Origin: Bacteroidota bacterium
GTDB taxonomy: Bacteria > Bacteroidota > Bacteroidia > Palsa-948
Length of the DNA: 64,000 bases
Reading direction: 5' to 3'
NCBI GenBank assembly: GCA_016213405.1
Contig: JACRAM010000057.1
Span: 27,773-91,772 of the forward strand
Position numbers and translations under genes: made by a program. The notes below the pieces were generated by a model. That model was not told the origin of the DNA. It searched no databases and worked only from the letters and a program-made list of their open reading frames with translations. Of this stretch, positions 1-10,389 are shown one piece after another (position 1 is the first letter of the stretch; every line of letters begins with the position of its first letter).

Positions 1-150
1 GCCGATAGATTACGGATAGTTCATCGACAAAAACCCATCACTCGTCTAAATGTTAAGTAATTGTTGCTAAAACGCGGGATTTATGGCGTACACTTGCAAA
101 TTAATAATGTAAATTTATAGAGCAGGATTTTAATTTTTCCGCTATATGTA

Positions 151-3100
151 ATGATGAATTTTTACAAATCATATTTATTTACTGTTGTTTTCTCCTCATT
201 TATTTTTTGTAATTCGGGTTTTGCCACTGTCATTATTAATTCTGGCGTTGCAACAAACCCTAACGGAAGTTTTGAAAATGCAACCAGCACTCCAGCAGCC
301 AACGGATGGACTGCCGTAAACGATGCAAGGAATAAATGGATAGTAAACACCGCCACCGCTTTTGCAGGAACTAAAAGCATATATATAACTACTAATGCTG
401 GAACTACTAATGATTACGATAATACAGCTACTCGTGTATCACATTTTTACAGAGATGTTACCTTTCCTGCAGGCGAGACCTGCATTACACTAACATTTAA
501 CTGGAAAGGAGACGGAGAATCTTGTTGCGACCACCTAAAAGTTTATTTGACAAGCACTGCAACCGCTGTTACAGCGGGAACAGAGCAGGCATCGTTAGAT
601 TTAATTGGAGGACCTTATAATGCGCAAACAACTTGGCAAAGCGCTACTATCACAATTCCGGCATCAAATGCAGGAACAACAAAACGTTTGGTTTTCAGTT
701 GGAGAAATGATGCTTCAGTTGGAACAAATCCTCCGGCAGCAGTAGATAATATTTCACTTATTTCATTAGCTCCTGTAGTTCCAACTTATGCATCGCTTGG
801 CTACACACAAGACTTTGAATCATGGACAAGTTCATGCGGTGCTGGAATAAATGATATACCGAGTACCAATTGGGCTGCAAATCCTTCTACCGGAAATAAT
901 TCATGGCGCAGAGATGATGAAGGCGCGCTTGCTGCATGGGGTGTACCGGGTTCTTACATTTATTCTCCGGTATTTACCACCACTGCCCATTCAGCACGGT
1001 TTCACAGCGGAAACGCGACAAGCGGCTTGCAGGGTATTTTAGATTTATATGTTGACTGCAGCCCTGCCGGCACCAAAACTTTAACTTTCGATTATATAAA
1101 TACGAGCGGCACCGATGTGCTTGATGTGTTGCAATCTACCAACGGAGGCAGCACCTTTCCCACCACGCTGGGCTCTTATGCCGTTGCCGGAAGCTGGACA
1201 CAACAATCCATTAGTATTACAACCACTTCAGCCACCACGGTTATACGGTTCAGGGCTACTGCCGATTATGGTTCTACTGATATTGGAATTGATAATTTAA
1301 GATGTTTACTTCCCTGCTCCGGCACTCCCGCAGGCGGCACGGCTTCGGCTTCGCCTGCATCAATATGCCTCGGGCAGAGTTCTACCATTTCTGCATCGGG
1401 TTATACAGTTGCCGGTGGCATAACTTTTCAGTGGCAATCATCACCCAATCCTATTACTACATGGACAAATATTGCAGGGGCAACTTCATCCACCTACACA
1501 GCCACTCCTGGAGCGAGCACCAACTACCGCTGTGTAATTACCTGCTCGAACAGCGCATTATTCGCCTACTCGGCAAGCACCTTAGTAACCATTACCGGAA
1601 CACCTACTTATGCTACCATCCCTTACTCTCAGAGTTTTGAAGGTCCATGGATAAACCGTTGCGACACCCGCGATATTCCAACAAATGCATGGATAAACAC
1701 ACCTGCCACAGGAAATAATTCATGGCGAAGAGATGATGATGGAGCCGCTGCCGCATGGTCTACTCCGGCAGGAGGTGTCTATGCACCTACCAGCACTCTT
1801 GGCACCTATTCTGCCCGTTTCCATTCTGCCTGGGCTTCCAGCGGTTTGCAAGGAAATCTGGACTTATATGTTAACCTCAGCCCTGCCGGAACAAAGTCAT
1901 TGTGTTTTGATTATAATAATACCAGCGGAAGCGATGTGCTTGATGTGATGCTTTCAACAGATGGAGGCGCAACATTTCCTACTACTCTTTTAACTCTGCC
2001 ACCCAATTCAGGATGGACAAACCAAACTGTTAATATCACTTCAACCTCTGCTACCTGTGTACTACGATTCAGAGGCACTTCCGATTATGGCAGCACAGAT
2101 ATCGGCATTGATAATCTCTGGCTTGGAGTTCCCGGAGTTCCCGGCTGCGCTACCTATACTTCACCTGCAAATGGCGCATCGGGAATCACCTGCGGGATAA
2201 ATGCCATATTGAACTGGACTGCACCTGCCGTTACCGCCTGCAACCCTGCAACCAGTTATGATGTGTATTTTGGCACTGCTGCTGCTCCGCCATATCTTAC
2301 CAATGTTACTTCTTTATTCTATAATCCCGGAACGCTTTTGCCAAGCACTACTTATTACTGGAGAATAGTTCCGCGCAATGGCGGAGGCGCTGGCGCCTGT
2401 GCAACGGTTTGGTCATTTGCAACAGGCGCTTCATACACTCCTTCGCAAACCACACCGCCTATCACCGATGGTTTTGAAACCTGCACCGACTGGACAATAG
2501 TGAATGGCGCTCAACCCAATGTATGGATAAGAGGCACAAATACTTTTTATACAGGAGCCAATTCAATGTATATTCATAATGGGGGAGGTACAGATAATGA
2601 TTATGATATTACTGCAACATCAACCGTTCATTTTTATAAAGACATAACTTTTCCTGCGGGAAGCAATGATTATGCGTTGAGATTTTATTGGAAAGGAATG
2701 GGAGAAAGCGCTTCGTATGATTATCTGAGAGTATTTTTTGCTCCTACTTCGGTTACTCCGGTTGCCGGAACACAGGTAAGTTCCACTTATGAGTTAACTC
2801 CTTATGTATATAATCAATCGGCAACATGGCAGCAGTTTACAAATACATTGCCTGTTGCCTGCGGAGGAAACGAAACATGGCGGCTTATTTTCTCATGGTG
2901 GAATGATGGAGGCGGAGGCACACAACCGCCCATTGCCGTTGACGATATTCAGATAACCACCACCCCGCGCACAGGAACCACTTGCGCCAATCCTGTGAAC
3001 ATCACTTTGCCGTATTTAAAAACAGGAGAAACCACCGCCTGCATGGGCGATGATTACACCAATGCAAGTGTTGCTTCCTGCGGCTCAAGTTATGAATCAG

Positions 3101-6100
3101 ACAATGATAAGGTATATAAAGTATTGGTAGGCGCTGCCGGTTGTGTTAATGTTACACTCAGCAATACCAGTTCCACCTCTATCGGTTTTCAGGTTTATAA
3201 TGGCTGCCCGGATGTGAGCGGAAGCACCTGCATATTTAATTCTACCACCGGCACCATTGGCGGATTTCTTACTGCCGATATTAACATTCCTTCAGCCGGA
3301 TACTATTATGTTATTGTAGACAGTTGGTCGGTTCCGGGTGATTATGTAAATTATGATATTACCATCAGCGCACCAGGCGGAAATACAGCTAACGACCCTT
3401 GCAGCGGAGCCATACCCTTAACGCTTGGCGTGAGCGCAAATGGAGACAACACCTGCACCAACGCTATGGGTGAGCCGGTAGCCCCCGCCTGCTGGACAAC
3501 CGGAGCGATGAATACAATTTGGTACAGAGTTACTATACCTGCATCCAGAGACCTTGTCATAAAAACCACTGCCGGTTCATTATTGAAAACACAAATTGAT
3601 GTCTATAGAGGCAATTCCTGTGCTGGACTAACCTATGTTGACTGTAATCAGGATGCGGCATCCTGCGGAACACAATACGACCATTCTTATTTAAATCTTC
3701 AGAATATTGGCGCAGGCACTTATGCCTATATAAGAGTAGATGGCGAGGATAATCTCGTTGGTACTTTCTCCATTCTGGTTATTGATGGAAACAATATAGC
3801 CCTTCCTGTATTGCCTCCTGTAGTAGGTCAGGATTGCGGACCGGTTCTAACATATACAAATCCTATTTGCGGTCAAACCACCACGGTTGCCAATCCCGGT
3901 AATTTTGCATTCGGCAATATCTGTGATTTTACCGGCACCGGAATATGTCTTGCCAGCGGAGAAAAAAGTTCTACATGGTACACCATCAACATCAATGCAA
4001 ACGGAACTCTTGCATTTGATATTGTTCCCAATGATTATGGCAACCCGAACCCACTGACCGGACAATCCAATCCGGGGTATATCTCGCCTGGCGATGAAAC
4101 CGACTACGATTGGTCATTATGGAGATGGTCAGCCGCTTGTAATGGCACAGGTGATGGCACATGGTGTTGTACCGAAATTGCTGCTGCAACTGCTCCCTCT
4201 ACGCCCACTCGATGCAATTATAGTTATCTCGGAGTAACCGGACTGTATACAACAACAGGAACAGCCCCGCCTGCTTATGCGGGATTTGGTGGCGCATATG
4301 AAGCAAATTTAGCAGTCACCAATGGAGAAATTTATGTTCTTGCCGTCAGCAACTATGCGAATGATTATGTTTCAGGATACACACTAAAATTCAGCGGCAC
4401 TTCGCCCATTGCCTATTCTACACCGGGTTCCACCATGACTTGGGGAAGCAGCACAAGCAACGCGTGGGTTCAGGCAGGAAATTGGGGAGGATGCGGTCCG
4501 CCTAACTGCGGGATAAATGCCATCATTGCTTCAGGAGGAGCTCAGCCCATAATCAGTTCAAATGTAAACGTTCAGAATATTACTATCAATGCCGGAGCAA
4601 CTCTGATGATTAACCCAAACTGCACGCTGACTGTTTGCGGTGACTTTATCAATAACGGAACGCTTACGATGGCATCTACCGCAACACTGCTTTTTAATAA
4701 TGGCGCTGTTGTGCAGAACATCAGCGGCTCATTGACCGGAGCAAATAAAATCGGAAATCTTGTTATTAATAAAACAGGCGGCAGCCTTATACTGGCAGCA
4801 GCAACACCTCTTGACATAGGAGGAAATTTTGTAACTCAAAATACGACCAGTGTTTTCAATGGCAATAATAATGTGATAAAAATTGCCGGCAACTTCAGCA
4901 CGGCATCAAACGTAACCGTTACGAATTTCCCCAATGTTGAATTTAACGGAACCATTCCTCAAACGTATACCAACAGTGCCGGAACTATAACCTGGACCAA
5001 TGTTACTATGAATAATTCGGGCGGAGGAATGACATTGACAGGAACCGCCACCAGCAACTTAGTGATTGCAGGAATATTAACCTTAACCAATGGAATTATT
5101 TATACTGCCAATCCTCCATTATTAATAATGAATGCCGGCTCTTCAGTTCCTTCGCCCTACGGAAGTATTATAAGTTTTGTTGACGGACCGATGCAGAAAA
5201 TCGGAGCCACCGCTTTTGTATTTCCTGTTGGTGATGCTTTCAACCGTTGGGCAAGAATAGCGATTTCTGCCCCAACAGCTGCTTCCACTTTTCAGGCGCA
5301 ATATTTTTTCACGCCTTATACAAATATTACTTCTATGTGCGCTGCACCTCTTCCGGTGCTGAATAATGTAAGCGGATTTGAATATTGGCAACTTGACAGA
5401 CCTGCAGGCACAGGAAACGCAGCGGTTACTTTATATTGGGAAAATGCTGCCAGCAGTGGGATAAACAGTTGCACAGGCACTCCGGGTGATTTAGTAGTTG
5501 GGCGTTTCACGGGTGCTTGCTGGGAAAATAAAAATCTAGCAGCCGTTAATCCTTACACAGGTTCTTGCGCTGGTACTGCAGCAGGAACAGTAACTTCTGA
5601 TGTTGTTACTGCTTTCAGTCCTTTTACTTTTAGTTCAAAATCACCGGGAGTCAACCCGCTTCCTGCTGAACTTTTATCCTTCACAGGAAAAAGTAATGGG
5701 GAAGAAAATATTCTTGAATGGGTAACTGCTTCTGAAAGAAACAACGATTATTTTACGCTGGAACGCGGAACGGATGGATTTAACTTTGAAAAACTTGCAG
5801 TAGTGGATGGAGCGGGCAACAGCAGTACCACAAAGCATTATCAATCCATAGACAAAGAACCTTTTATCGGCATTAATTATTACCGGCTGAAGCAAACTGA
5901 TTTTGATGGTTCAGTAAAATACGCTGCAAATATTATTGTGATTGATTTCAAACAAGCGCCTCATTATCTGTTTTACCCTAACCCTGCAAATAATGAAATA
6001 ATGGTTTACACCACATCCTTGCAGGAAGAAAATATCGCCATTGATATAGCAGATGTTTTTGGAAGAAAAATGATGCAGCAAAAACAACTGACTGTGAAAG

Positions 6101-6219
6101 GAATCAATCAGGCGGAAAGCATTGACATCAGCAATTTTGCGGAAGGAATTTATTTTGTTATCATCAGCGATATGAATAACAAAACCATTTCTCAGCAAAA
6201 GTTTGTGAAGAGGAAGTAA
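151..6219 (+). CDS. Very large (2022 aa) secreted cell-surface/adhesin-like protein with a C-terminal T9SS (Por secretion) sorting domain. It contains duplicated N-terminal modules, two PPC-like beta-sandwich regions and an FN3-like region.
   Basis: N-terminal signal peptide (MMNFYKSYLFTVVFSSFIFC). Last ~80 aa (YPNPANNEIMVYTT...GIYFVIISDMNNKTISQQKFVKRK) match the Bacteroidota T9SS C-terminal domain pattern. Internal duplications: NSWRRDD-G-AAW...DYGSTDIGIDNL modules appear twice, and TFPAG...WKG-GES modules appear twice. Composition is Thr/Ser/Gly/Asn-rich. Confidence 0.7.
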   Translation: MMNFYKSYLFTVVFSSFIFCNSGFATVIINSGVATNPNGSFENATSTPAANGWTAVNDARNKWIVNTATAFAGTKSIYITTNAGTTNDYDNTATRVSHFYRDVTFPAGETCITLTFNWKGDGESCCDHLKVYLTSTATAVTAGTEQASLDLIGGPYNAQTTWQSATITIPASNAGTTKRLVFSWRNDASVGTNPPAAVDNISLISLAPVVPTYASLGYTQDFESWTSSCGAGINDIPSTNWAANPSTGNNSWRRDDEGALAAWGVPGSYIYSPVFTTTAHSARFHSGNATSGLQGILDLYVDCSPAGTKTLTFDYINTSGTDVLDVLQSTNGGSTFPTTLGSYAVAGSWTQQSISITTTSATTVIRFRATADYGSTDIGIDNLRCLLPCSGTPAGGTASASPASICLGQSSTISASGYTVAGGITFQWQSSPNPITTWTNIAGATSSTYTATPGASTNYRCVITCSNSALFAYSASTLVTITGTPTYATIPYSQSFEGPWINRCDTRDIPTNAWINTPATGNNSWRRDDDGAAAAWSTPAGGVYAPTSTLGTYSARFHSAWASSGLQGNLDLYVNLSPAGTKSLCFDYNNTSGSDVLDVMLSTDGGATFPTTLLTLPPNSGWTNQTVNITSTSATCVLRFRGTSDYGSTDIGIDNLWLGVPGVPGCATYTSPANGASGITCGINAILNWTAPAVTACNPATSYDVYFGTAAAPPYLTNVTSLFYNPGTLLPSTTYYWRIVPRNGGGAGACATVWSFATGASYTPSQTTPPITDGFETCTDWTIVNGAQPNVWIRGTNTFYTGANSMYIHNGGGTDNDYDITATSTVHFYKDITFPAGSNDYALRFYWKGMGESASYDYLRVFFAPTSVTPVAGTQVSSTYELTPYVYNQSATWQQFTNTLPVACGGNETWRLIFSWWNDGGGGTQPPIAVDDIQITTTPRTGTTCANPVNITLPYLKTGETTACMGDDYTNASVASCGSSYESDNDKVYKVLVGAAGCVNVTLSNTSSTSIGFQVYNGCPDVSGSTCIFNSTTGTIGGFLTADINIPSAGYYYVIVDSWSVPGDYVNYDITISAPGGNTANDPCSGAIPLTLGVSANGDNTCTNAMGEPVAPACWTTGAMNTIWYRVTIPASRDLVIKTTAGSLLKTQIDVYRGNSCAGLTYVDCNQDAASCGTQYDHSYLNLQNIGAGTYAYIRVDGEDNLVGTFSILVIDGNNIALPVLPPVVGQDCGPVLTYTNPICGQTTTVANPGNFAFGNICDFTGTGICLASGEKSSTWYTININANGTLAFDIVPNDYGNPNPLTGQSNPGYISPGDETDYDWSLWRWSAACNGTGDGTWCCTEIAAATAPSTPTRCNYSYLGVTGLYTTTGTAPPAYAGFGGAYEANLAVTNGEIYVLAVSNYANDYVSGYTLKFSGTSPIAYSTPGSTMTWGSSTSNAWVQAGNWGGCGPPNCGINAIIASGGAQPIISSNVNVQNITINAGATLMINPNCTLTVCGDFINNGTLTMASTATLLFNNGAVVQNISGSLTGANKIGNLVINKTGGSLILAAATPLDIGGNFVTQNTTSVFNGNNNVIKIAGNFSTASNVTVTNFPNVEFNGTIPQTYTNSAGTITWTNVTMNNSGGGMTLTGTATSNLVIAGILTLTNGIIYTANPPLLIMNAGSSVPSPYGSIISFVDGPMQKIGATAFVFPVGDAFNRWARIAISAPTAASTFQAQYFFTPYTNITSMCAAPLPVLNNVSGFEYWQLDRPAGTGNAAVTLYWENAASSGINSCTGTPGDLVVGRFTGACWENKNLAAVNPYTGSCAGTAAGTVTSDVVTAFSPFTFSSKSPGVNPLPAELLSFTGKSNGEENILEWVTASERNNDYFTLERGTDGFNFEKLAVVDGAGNSSTTKHYQSIDKEPFIGINYYRLKQTDFDGSVKYAANIIVIDFKQAPHYLFYPNPANNEIMVYTTSLQEENIAIDIADVFGRKMMQQKQLTVKGINQAESIDISNFAEGIYFVIISDMNNKTISQQKFVKRK
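328..2970 (+). repeat. Intragenic duplicated coding modules: module B at ~328-780 and ~2518-2970; module A at ~781-1305 and ~1618-2145
   Basis: Protein self-similarity. Module B: ...HFYRDVTFPAGETCITLTFNWKGDGES... versus ...HFYKDITFPAGSNDYALRFYWKGMGES.... Module A: ...TGNNSWRRDDEGALAAWG...DYGSTDIGIDNL... versus ...TGNNSWRRDDDGAAAAWS...DYGSTDIGIDNL.... Confidence 0.6.
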
Positions 6220-6337
6220 CGCCCTCTCTCTCCTTTTTCTTTTTATTCTTTCTTTCCTCTGTTTATTGCTGTGCTGCAACCGCGCTCAGTAAATAGAAAA
6301 GTTATATTTTCGCTTATCATCTCAAAAACACCTTATC

Positions 6338-7357
6338 ATGAAAATCGTTAAAGGAATATTAATTGCGCTGGTAGTTCTGGCAGCAATAGTTTCAATTGTC
6401 GGATTTCTTTCACCCAAACACGTGCATGTTGAGCGTTCGCTCACTATCAGTGCACCGGCAGAAATCATTCACGAGCAGATTAACAATCTTAAAAACTGGG
6501 AAAAGTGGTCGCCCTGGCAAAAGATGGACCCTGCCATGAAAACAGAATATAGCGGGAGCGAAGCAGGTGCGGGCGCCTCTTCAAAATGGACAAGCGAAAA
6601 TAAAAATGTAGGAAGCGGAGATATGACGATTACTTCCAGCACACCGGATTCTATTACTACTGCAATAAACTTTATGGAAAACGGAACCGCTACGGGAAAA
6701 TTTATTTTTGCAAAATCAGACAGTGGAATAAAAGTTACATGGAGCATGGAAAGCGATATGGGAATGAATCCTATCGGAAGAATCTTTGGTTTGTTCATGG
6801 ACAAAATGATGGGACCTGATTTTGAAAAGGGATTAGCGGGCATTAAAGAAGTAGCAGAAGCAATTCCAACAGGACCAAAAAAATACCGCGGCTTTGAAGT
6901 AATGGAAATGGATTCGCCCGAAATGGTTTACATCGGAAAAAAAGATTCTTTGGGCTGGGCTCAGATTTCGGAGTTCTACCAGAAAAATCTTCCCGCTATT
7001 TTTGAAGCGGTTGGAAAAGCAAAACTTGAACCAGCGGCTTCTCCTTCAGGATTATATTTCAGCTGGGACACGGTGAACAAAATCGCTGTAATGGCTGCCG
7101 CCATTCCCGTGAAAGGAGATTCAAAAACAAAAGTGAAAGGGTTTGAAACATTTATTCTTCCCGCAGGAAAAATGCTTCACATCGCCTACATGGGCGGCTA
7201 CAACGGAATTGGCACAGCGCACATGGCAATGGATGACTACATGCATGAAAAAGGATTCATGCAACTCACGCCCATTGCTGAAGAATATGTTACTGACCCG
7301 GGCAAAGAACCCGATTCAACCAAGTGGCTGACGAATGTGTATTACCCTGTGAAGTAA
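6338..7357 (+). CDS. Membrane-anchored hypothetical protein with an SRPBCC/START-like N-terminal half and a GyrI-like small-molecule-binding C-terminal half
   Basis: N-terminal TM helix (ILIALVVLAAIVSIVGFL). The sequence pattern resembles polyketide-cyclase/SRPBCC and GyrI-like folds. There is no catalytic motif I can anchor. Confidence 0.4.
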   Translation: MKIVKGILIALVVLAAIVSIVGFLSPKHVHVERSLTISAPAEIIHEQINNLKNWEKWSPWQKMDPAMKTEYSGSEAGAGASSKWTSENKNVGSGDMTITSSTPDSITTAINFMENGTATGKFIFAKSDSGIKVTWSMESDMGMNPIGRIFGLFMDKMMGPDFEKGLAGIKEVAEAIPTGPKKYRGFEVMEMDSPEMVYIGKKDSLGWAQISEFYQKNLPAIFEAVGKAKLEPAASPSGLYFSWDTVNKIAVMAAAIPVKGDSKTKVKGFETFILPAGKMLHIAYMGGYNGIGTAHMAMDDYMHEKGFMQLTPIAEEYVTDPGKEPDSTKWLTNVYYPVK

Positions 7358-7464
7358 TTAAAAGCTAAGAATTTGTAATACTGTGTAACTAATTACAGTT
7401 TGAAAACGTCCAAGCAATATTAAAAGAGTATTCTTCTTAAATTTACCTTTAAAACAATAATTAC

Positions 7465-8418
7465 ATGAAAAACAAATCAATCATTGTCATGCTTTCGATA
7501 GCAGCAATGAGCGTGTTGCTTGTTACAACAAGCTGCCGAAAAAGGAAAGAATTCAAAAATGAAAACGGGCAGTCATCGGAAGACAACCGCAACATTCAGA
7601 GCCAAACCGATCAGGGTGTAAGCGATGCCAACACAGCTATCGGCAATTATTCATCCATGTCAGGAAGAAGCACCCAGCTTCCTTCGGTTTTGACAACCAT
7701 TTGCGGTGCATCCATTGATAGTATAGGTCCAGGTATTGTCAAAATTAATTATGATGGTACCGTGTGCAACAACCGAAAAAGAGAGGGCTCCATCCGCCTC
7801 ACCATTCTGAATTATTCAAGCGGAGTGCGATGGAAAAATGCGGGTTGTGTTTTACAGGTTGAATATTTAAGTTATAAAGTAACACGCGCCTCTGACGACA
7901 AGAGCATTAAATTTGACGGCACTCACCTTGTGACCAACGTAAACGGTGGAACTTGGTTTGATTTGATTTTCTTAGGTCAGCCAAGTTTGATTCATACTGT
8001 TACTCCCAGCGGTGCGCTTACCTGCACGTTTGAAGACGGAAAATCTGCTACCTGCAACCTGAACCGAAAATTCACTTACGTATGGGCAAACAGTGTTCTT
8101 ACCTGCACAGGCGAAGGAACAGGCTCTTACAACAGTTTAAGTAATCTTGAAAACTACGGCACTACCCGCAATGGCGATGCATTCACTAGTCAGGTTACAA
8201 CCCCTGTTATCTGGAACACTACTTGCGGTGCATGGGCTCCTGTTCAGGGAGAAGTGAGCGTTGTTGTGGAGGGCAAAGAGTTCAACTTAATTTGCACATT
8301 TGGTGTGGATGCCAGCGGAAATCCAGTTCCGGTTGTGGCAAATGATTGCCCTTATGGATGGAAACTCTACTGGAAATACAAGAAAAAAGATAAAACAAAA
8401 ATATTCGGGTATCACTAA
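7465..8418 (+). CDS. Hypothetical lipoprotein
   Basis: Signal peptide ending LLVTTSC (lipobox-like Cys), Cys-rich. No recognisable family. Confidence 0.45.
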   Translation: MKNKSIIVMLSIAAMSVLLVTTSCRKRKEFKNENGQSSEDNRNIQSQTDQGVSDANTAIGNYSSMSGRSTQLPSVLTTICGASIDSIGPGIVKINYDGTVCNNRKREGSIRLTILNYSSGVRWKNAGCVLQVEYLSYKVTRASDDKSIKFDGTHLVTNVNGGTWFDLIFLGQPSLIHTVTPSGALTCTFEDGKSATCNLNRKFTYVWANSVLTCTGEGTGSYNSLSNLENYGTTRNGDAFTSQVTTPVIWNTTCGAWAPVQGEVSVVVEGKEFNLICTFGVDASGNPVPVVANDCPYGWKLYWKYKKKDKTKIFGYH

Positions 8419-8442
8419 AAATTAAAACCTTCAGTAATAATA

Positions 8443-8476
8443 AAACCCATTCCGCACTGCGCGGGATGGGTTTTTA
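8443..8476. terminator. Putative bidirectional rho-independent terminator between convergent genes
   Basis: AAACCCATTCCGCACTGCGCGGGATGGGTTTTT: imperfect GC stem followed by a T-run. It lies between the 3' ends of 7465..8418 (+) and 8509..9435 (-). Confidence 0.5.
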
Positions 8477-8508
8477 ATTTTTGATCTTTTCGGATAACCA
8501 GCTCTACC

Positions 8509-9435
8509 TTAATCTTTCACCTTTTCAAATACAATCCTGTAATGATCAAAGATGTGCCGGGTGAACACATGCAGGTTGGCTTGTATTTTAAACCTGCGCA
8601 TCCATTCTCTGAAAGTGGGGTCAAATAAATAATCGGGGATGAAAGATGCGAAAAGCAAATACTTGCGGAAACTGAATTTAGTAAATGCGGCTGTCCACCG
8701 GTGAATGGTTTCGATGTAATCGAACCTGCCGCTGTCAACCGATATTAATTTGAAATGTTCTTCGGTGGCGGGGTTAATCAATCCTTCTTTTCCATAGGGA
8801 AGCCATGAGCCGGGAAACACACGGCAGATGATATCCATGTATTCTTCGTTTGTAAATTCTTTTTTGCTTAAATCGGTTTTATCAAAGGGGATATCTTCGA
8901 ACTTCACCATATTAGGACCGAACACCATTGATTGGCAATAAAAACGTCCACCTACTGGAAGCAAACTGGCTACTTGCTTAAAATATTTTTTATAAATTTT
9001 TTCCTGCTCGCCTGCTGCATATTCTTCCACAGAACATAAATGTTCGGGGCTTCCCATTGCAGTTATGGCATCAAACTTTCCGAATGTTTCAGGAGTAATA
9101 TCTTTAGAGTTCATGTGTTTAACTTTCAAACCGTTTTTTATGCAGGCATCCGCCTGTCCTTTGGCTAATACCACACCATACGCATCTACTCCCATCCCGC
9201 CTAAATAATCTACAAAGTTGCCCCACCCGCATCCCATATCCAACACTTTTGAGCCGTTTTTGATATTACATCCATCAATAATGAACTGGTATTTTTTGAG
9301 TTGCGCTGCTTCCGTGGTCATGGAAAAATCTCCATCAAACCGGGCGCAGCTGTAAGCGCCTTTGTCGCCTAAGCTTAAACGGAATATTTTATCCATCCGT
9401 GTATAGTGCGCATCTAAGTGTTTTTGGTCTGCCAT
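8509..9435 (-). CDS. Class I SAM-dependent methyltransferase, cyclopropane-fatty-acyl-phospholipid-synthase-like (mycolic acid/CFA synthase family)
   Basis: Motif I VLDMGCGWGNFVDYL and overall CFA-synthase-like architecture (~308 aa). It is the last gene of a minus-strand block of secreted/membrane proteins. Confidence 0.6.
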   Translation of the reverse strand: MADQKHLDAHYTRMDKIFRLSLGDKGAYSCARFDGDFSMTTEAAQLKKYQFIIDGCNIKNGSKVLDMGCGWGNFVDYLGGMGVDAYGVVLAKGQADACIKNGLKVKHMNSKDITPETFGKFDAITAMGSPEHLCSVEEYAAGEQEKIYKKYFKQVASLLPVGGRFYCQSMVFGPNMVKFEDIPFDKTDLSKKEFTNEEYMDIICRVFPGSWLPYGKEGLINPATEEHFKLISVDSGRFDYIETIHRWTAAFTKFSFRKYLLFASFIPDYLFDPTFREWMRRFKIQANLHVFTRHIFDHYRIVFEKVKD

Positions 9436-9480
9436 GTTTTTTTATTTTTTATTTGTTCTATGGAGTAAATTTCTATCTGT

Positions 9481-10038
9481 TTATATGGAGAAGTAAAAAC
9501 CACTTAATGCCCTCGACAAAAGTGCTAAAAATACTACAATCACAATAATTACAAGTATGATTACAATAACTATTTTATTAGTAACAGAGCTATTATTTTC
9601 CTGCATTTGCTTGTCGGTTTTCGCTTTTGAATCCCAATTATAGGATGCTACATCTGTTCTTAAGATAGATTGTTCAACTTTGCTCATCGCAGAATCCTGC
9701 GAAACGGAAACTTCATTTTTTACATAGTAAATACGCACAGAAGTTTCTCTGATGATTTTGCAATGAATCGTATCACCTCTTTTTGTTATGATAATACCAT
9801 CGGCAACGCTTTTGTTTTCATTCAAGATTAAAGGTGGTTCGCTGAAAACTACAGGAGGTTTTTTCTTGAAGGAGATAGTTTGAATATCAGAGTTATTGTC
9901 AGCGCTTAATACATCTTCATTAAAAACAGTTTCTGTTTCTGCCTGCCCCGACAAAGCCTGGGTGTTTTCTTTTCTTGCTGTTTGTTTTTCTTCCGGATTA
10001 TTTCTCTTGCTGTTCCACTCAATATGATAACCGGGCAT
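9481..10038 (-). CDS. Hypothetical protein with C-terminal transmembrane anchor
   Basis: C-terminal IVIVIILVIIVIVVFLALL helix. No known motif. Confidence 0.35.
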   Translation of the reverse strand: MPGYHIEWNSKRNNPEEKQTARKENTQALSGQAETETVFNEDVLSADNNSDIQTISFKKKPPVVFSEPPLILNENKSVADGIIITKRGDTIHCKIIRETSVRIYYVKNEVSVSQDSAMSKVEQSILRTDVASYNWDSKAKTDKQMQENNSSVTNKIVIVIILVIIVIVVFLALLSRALSGFYFSI

Positions 10039-10389
10039 ATATTTTCTTTGTTCAATAGTGCACGAAGTAATAAATGAGAGAAGAAATAACAGGAGCAGGA
10101 GCTTTGTTTTTATTGTGTTTTATTTTTGTATAATGAATTTTTTTGTTGCTGTTTCTTGTTTAGTTTGAATTTGATCAGTTGTTTCATCTTTAATAACAAT
10201 CCTTGCTCTTGCACATTTTGAAAAGGAGATAGAATCTTTCTTCTCAACATTATTATGTGTTTTTTGTTTTTTTGTACTGTCATCTGTTTGTACAAACATA
10301 GGCACCCAAAGAAACATGGACAAACTTATAAACATATGTATTTTGAATAAGTTACGTATTGCTTTGTTTTTATTTCCATCATCCACCAC

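Noticed and set aside
162-6279. Numerous short antisense or out-of-frame ORFs inside the 2022-aa gene (for example 162..380, 3351..3569, 5911..6279) and similar ones inside other long genes
   Set aside because: They are fully nested in strongly supported genes, lack motifs, and have skewed composition. They are treated as spurious.
10110-10389. Small overlapping ORFs 10110..10295 and 10120..10389 between two cluster genes
   Set aside because: Low-complexity Lys/Gln-rich translations with no support. The region may be intergenic or a small unannotatable ORF, and is left uncalled.
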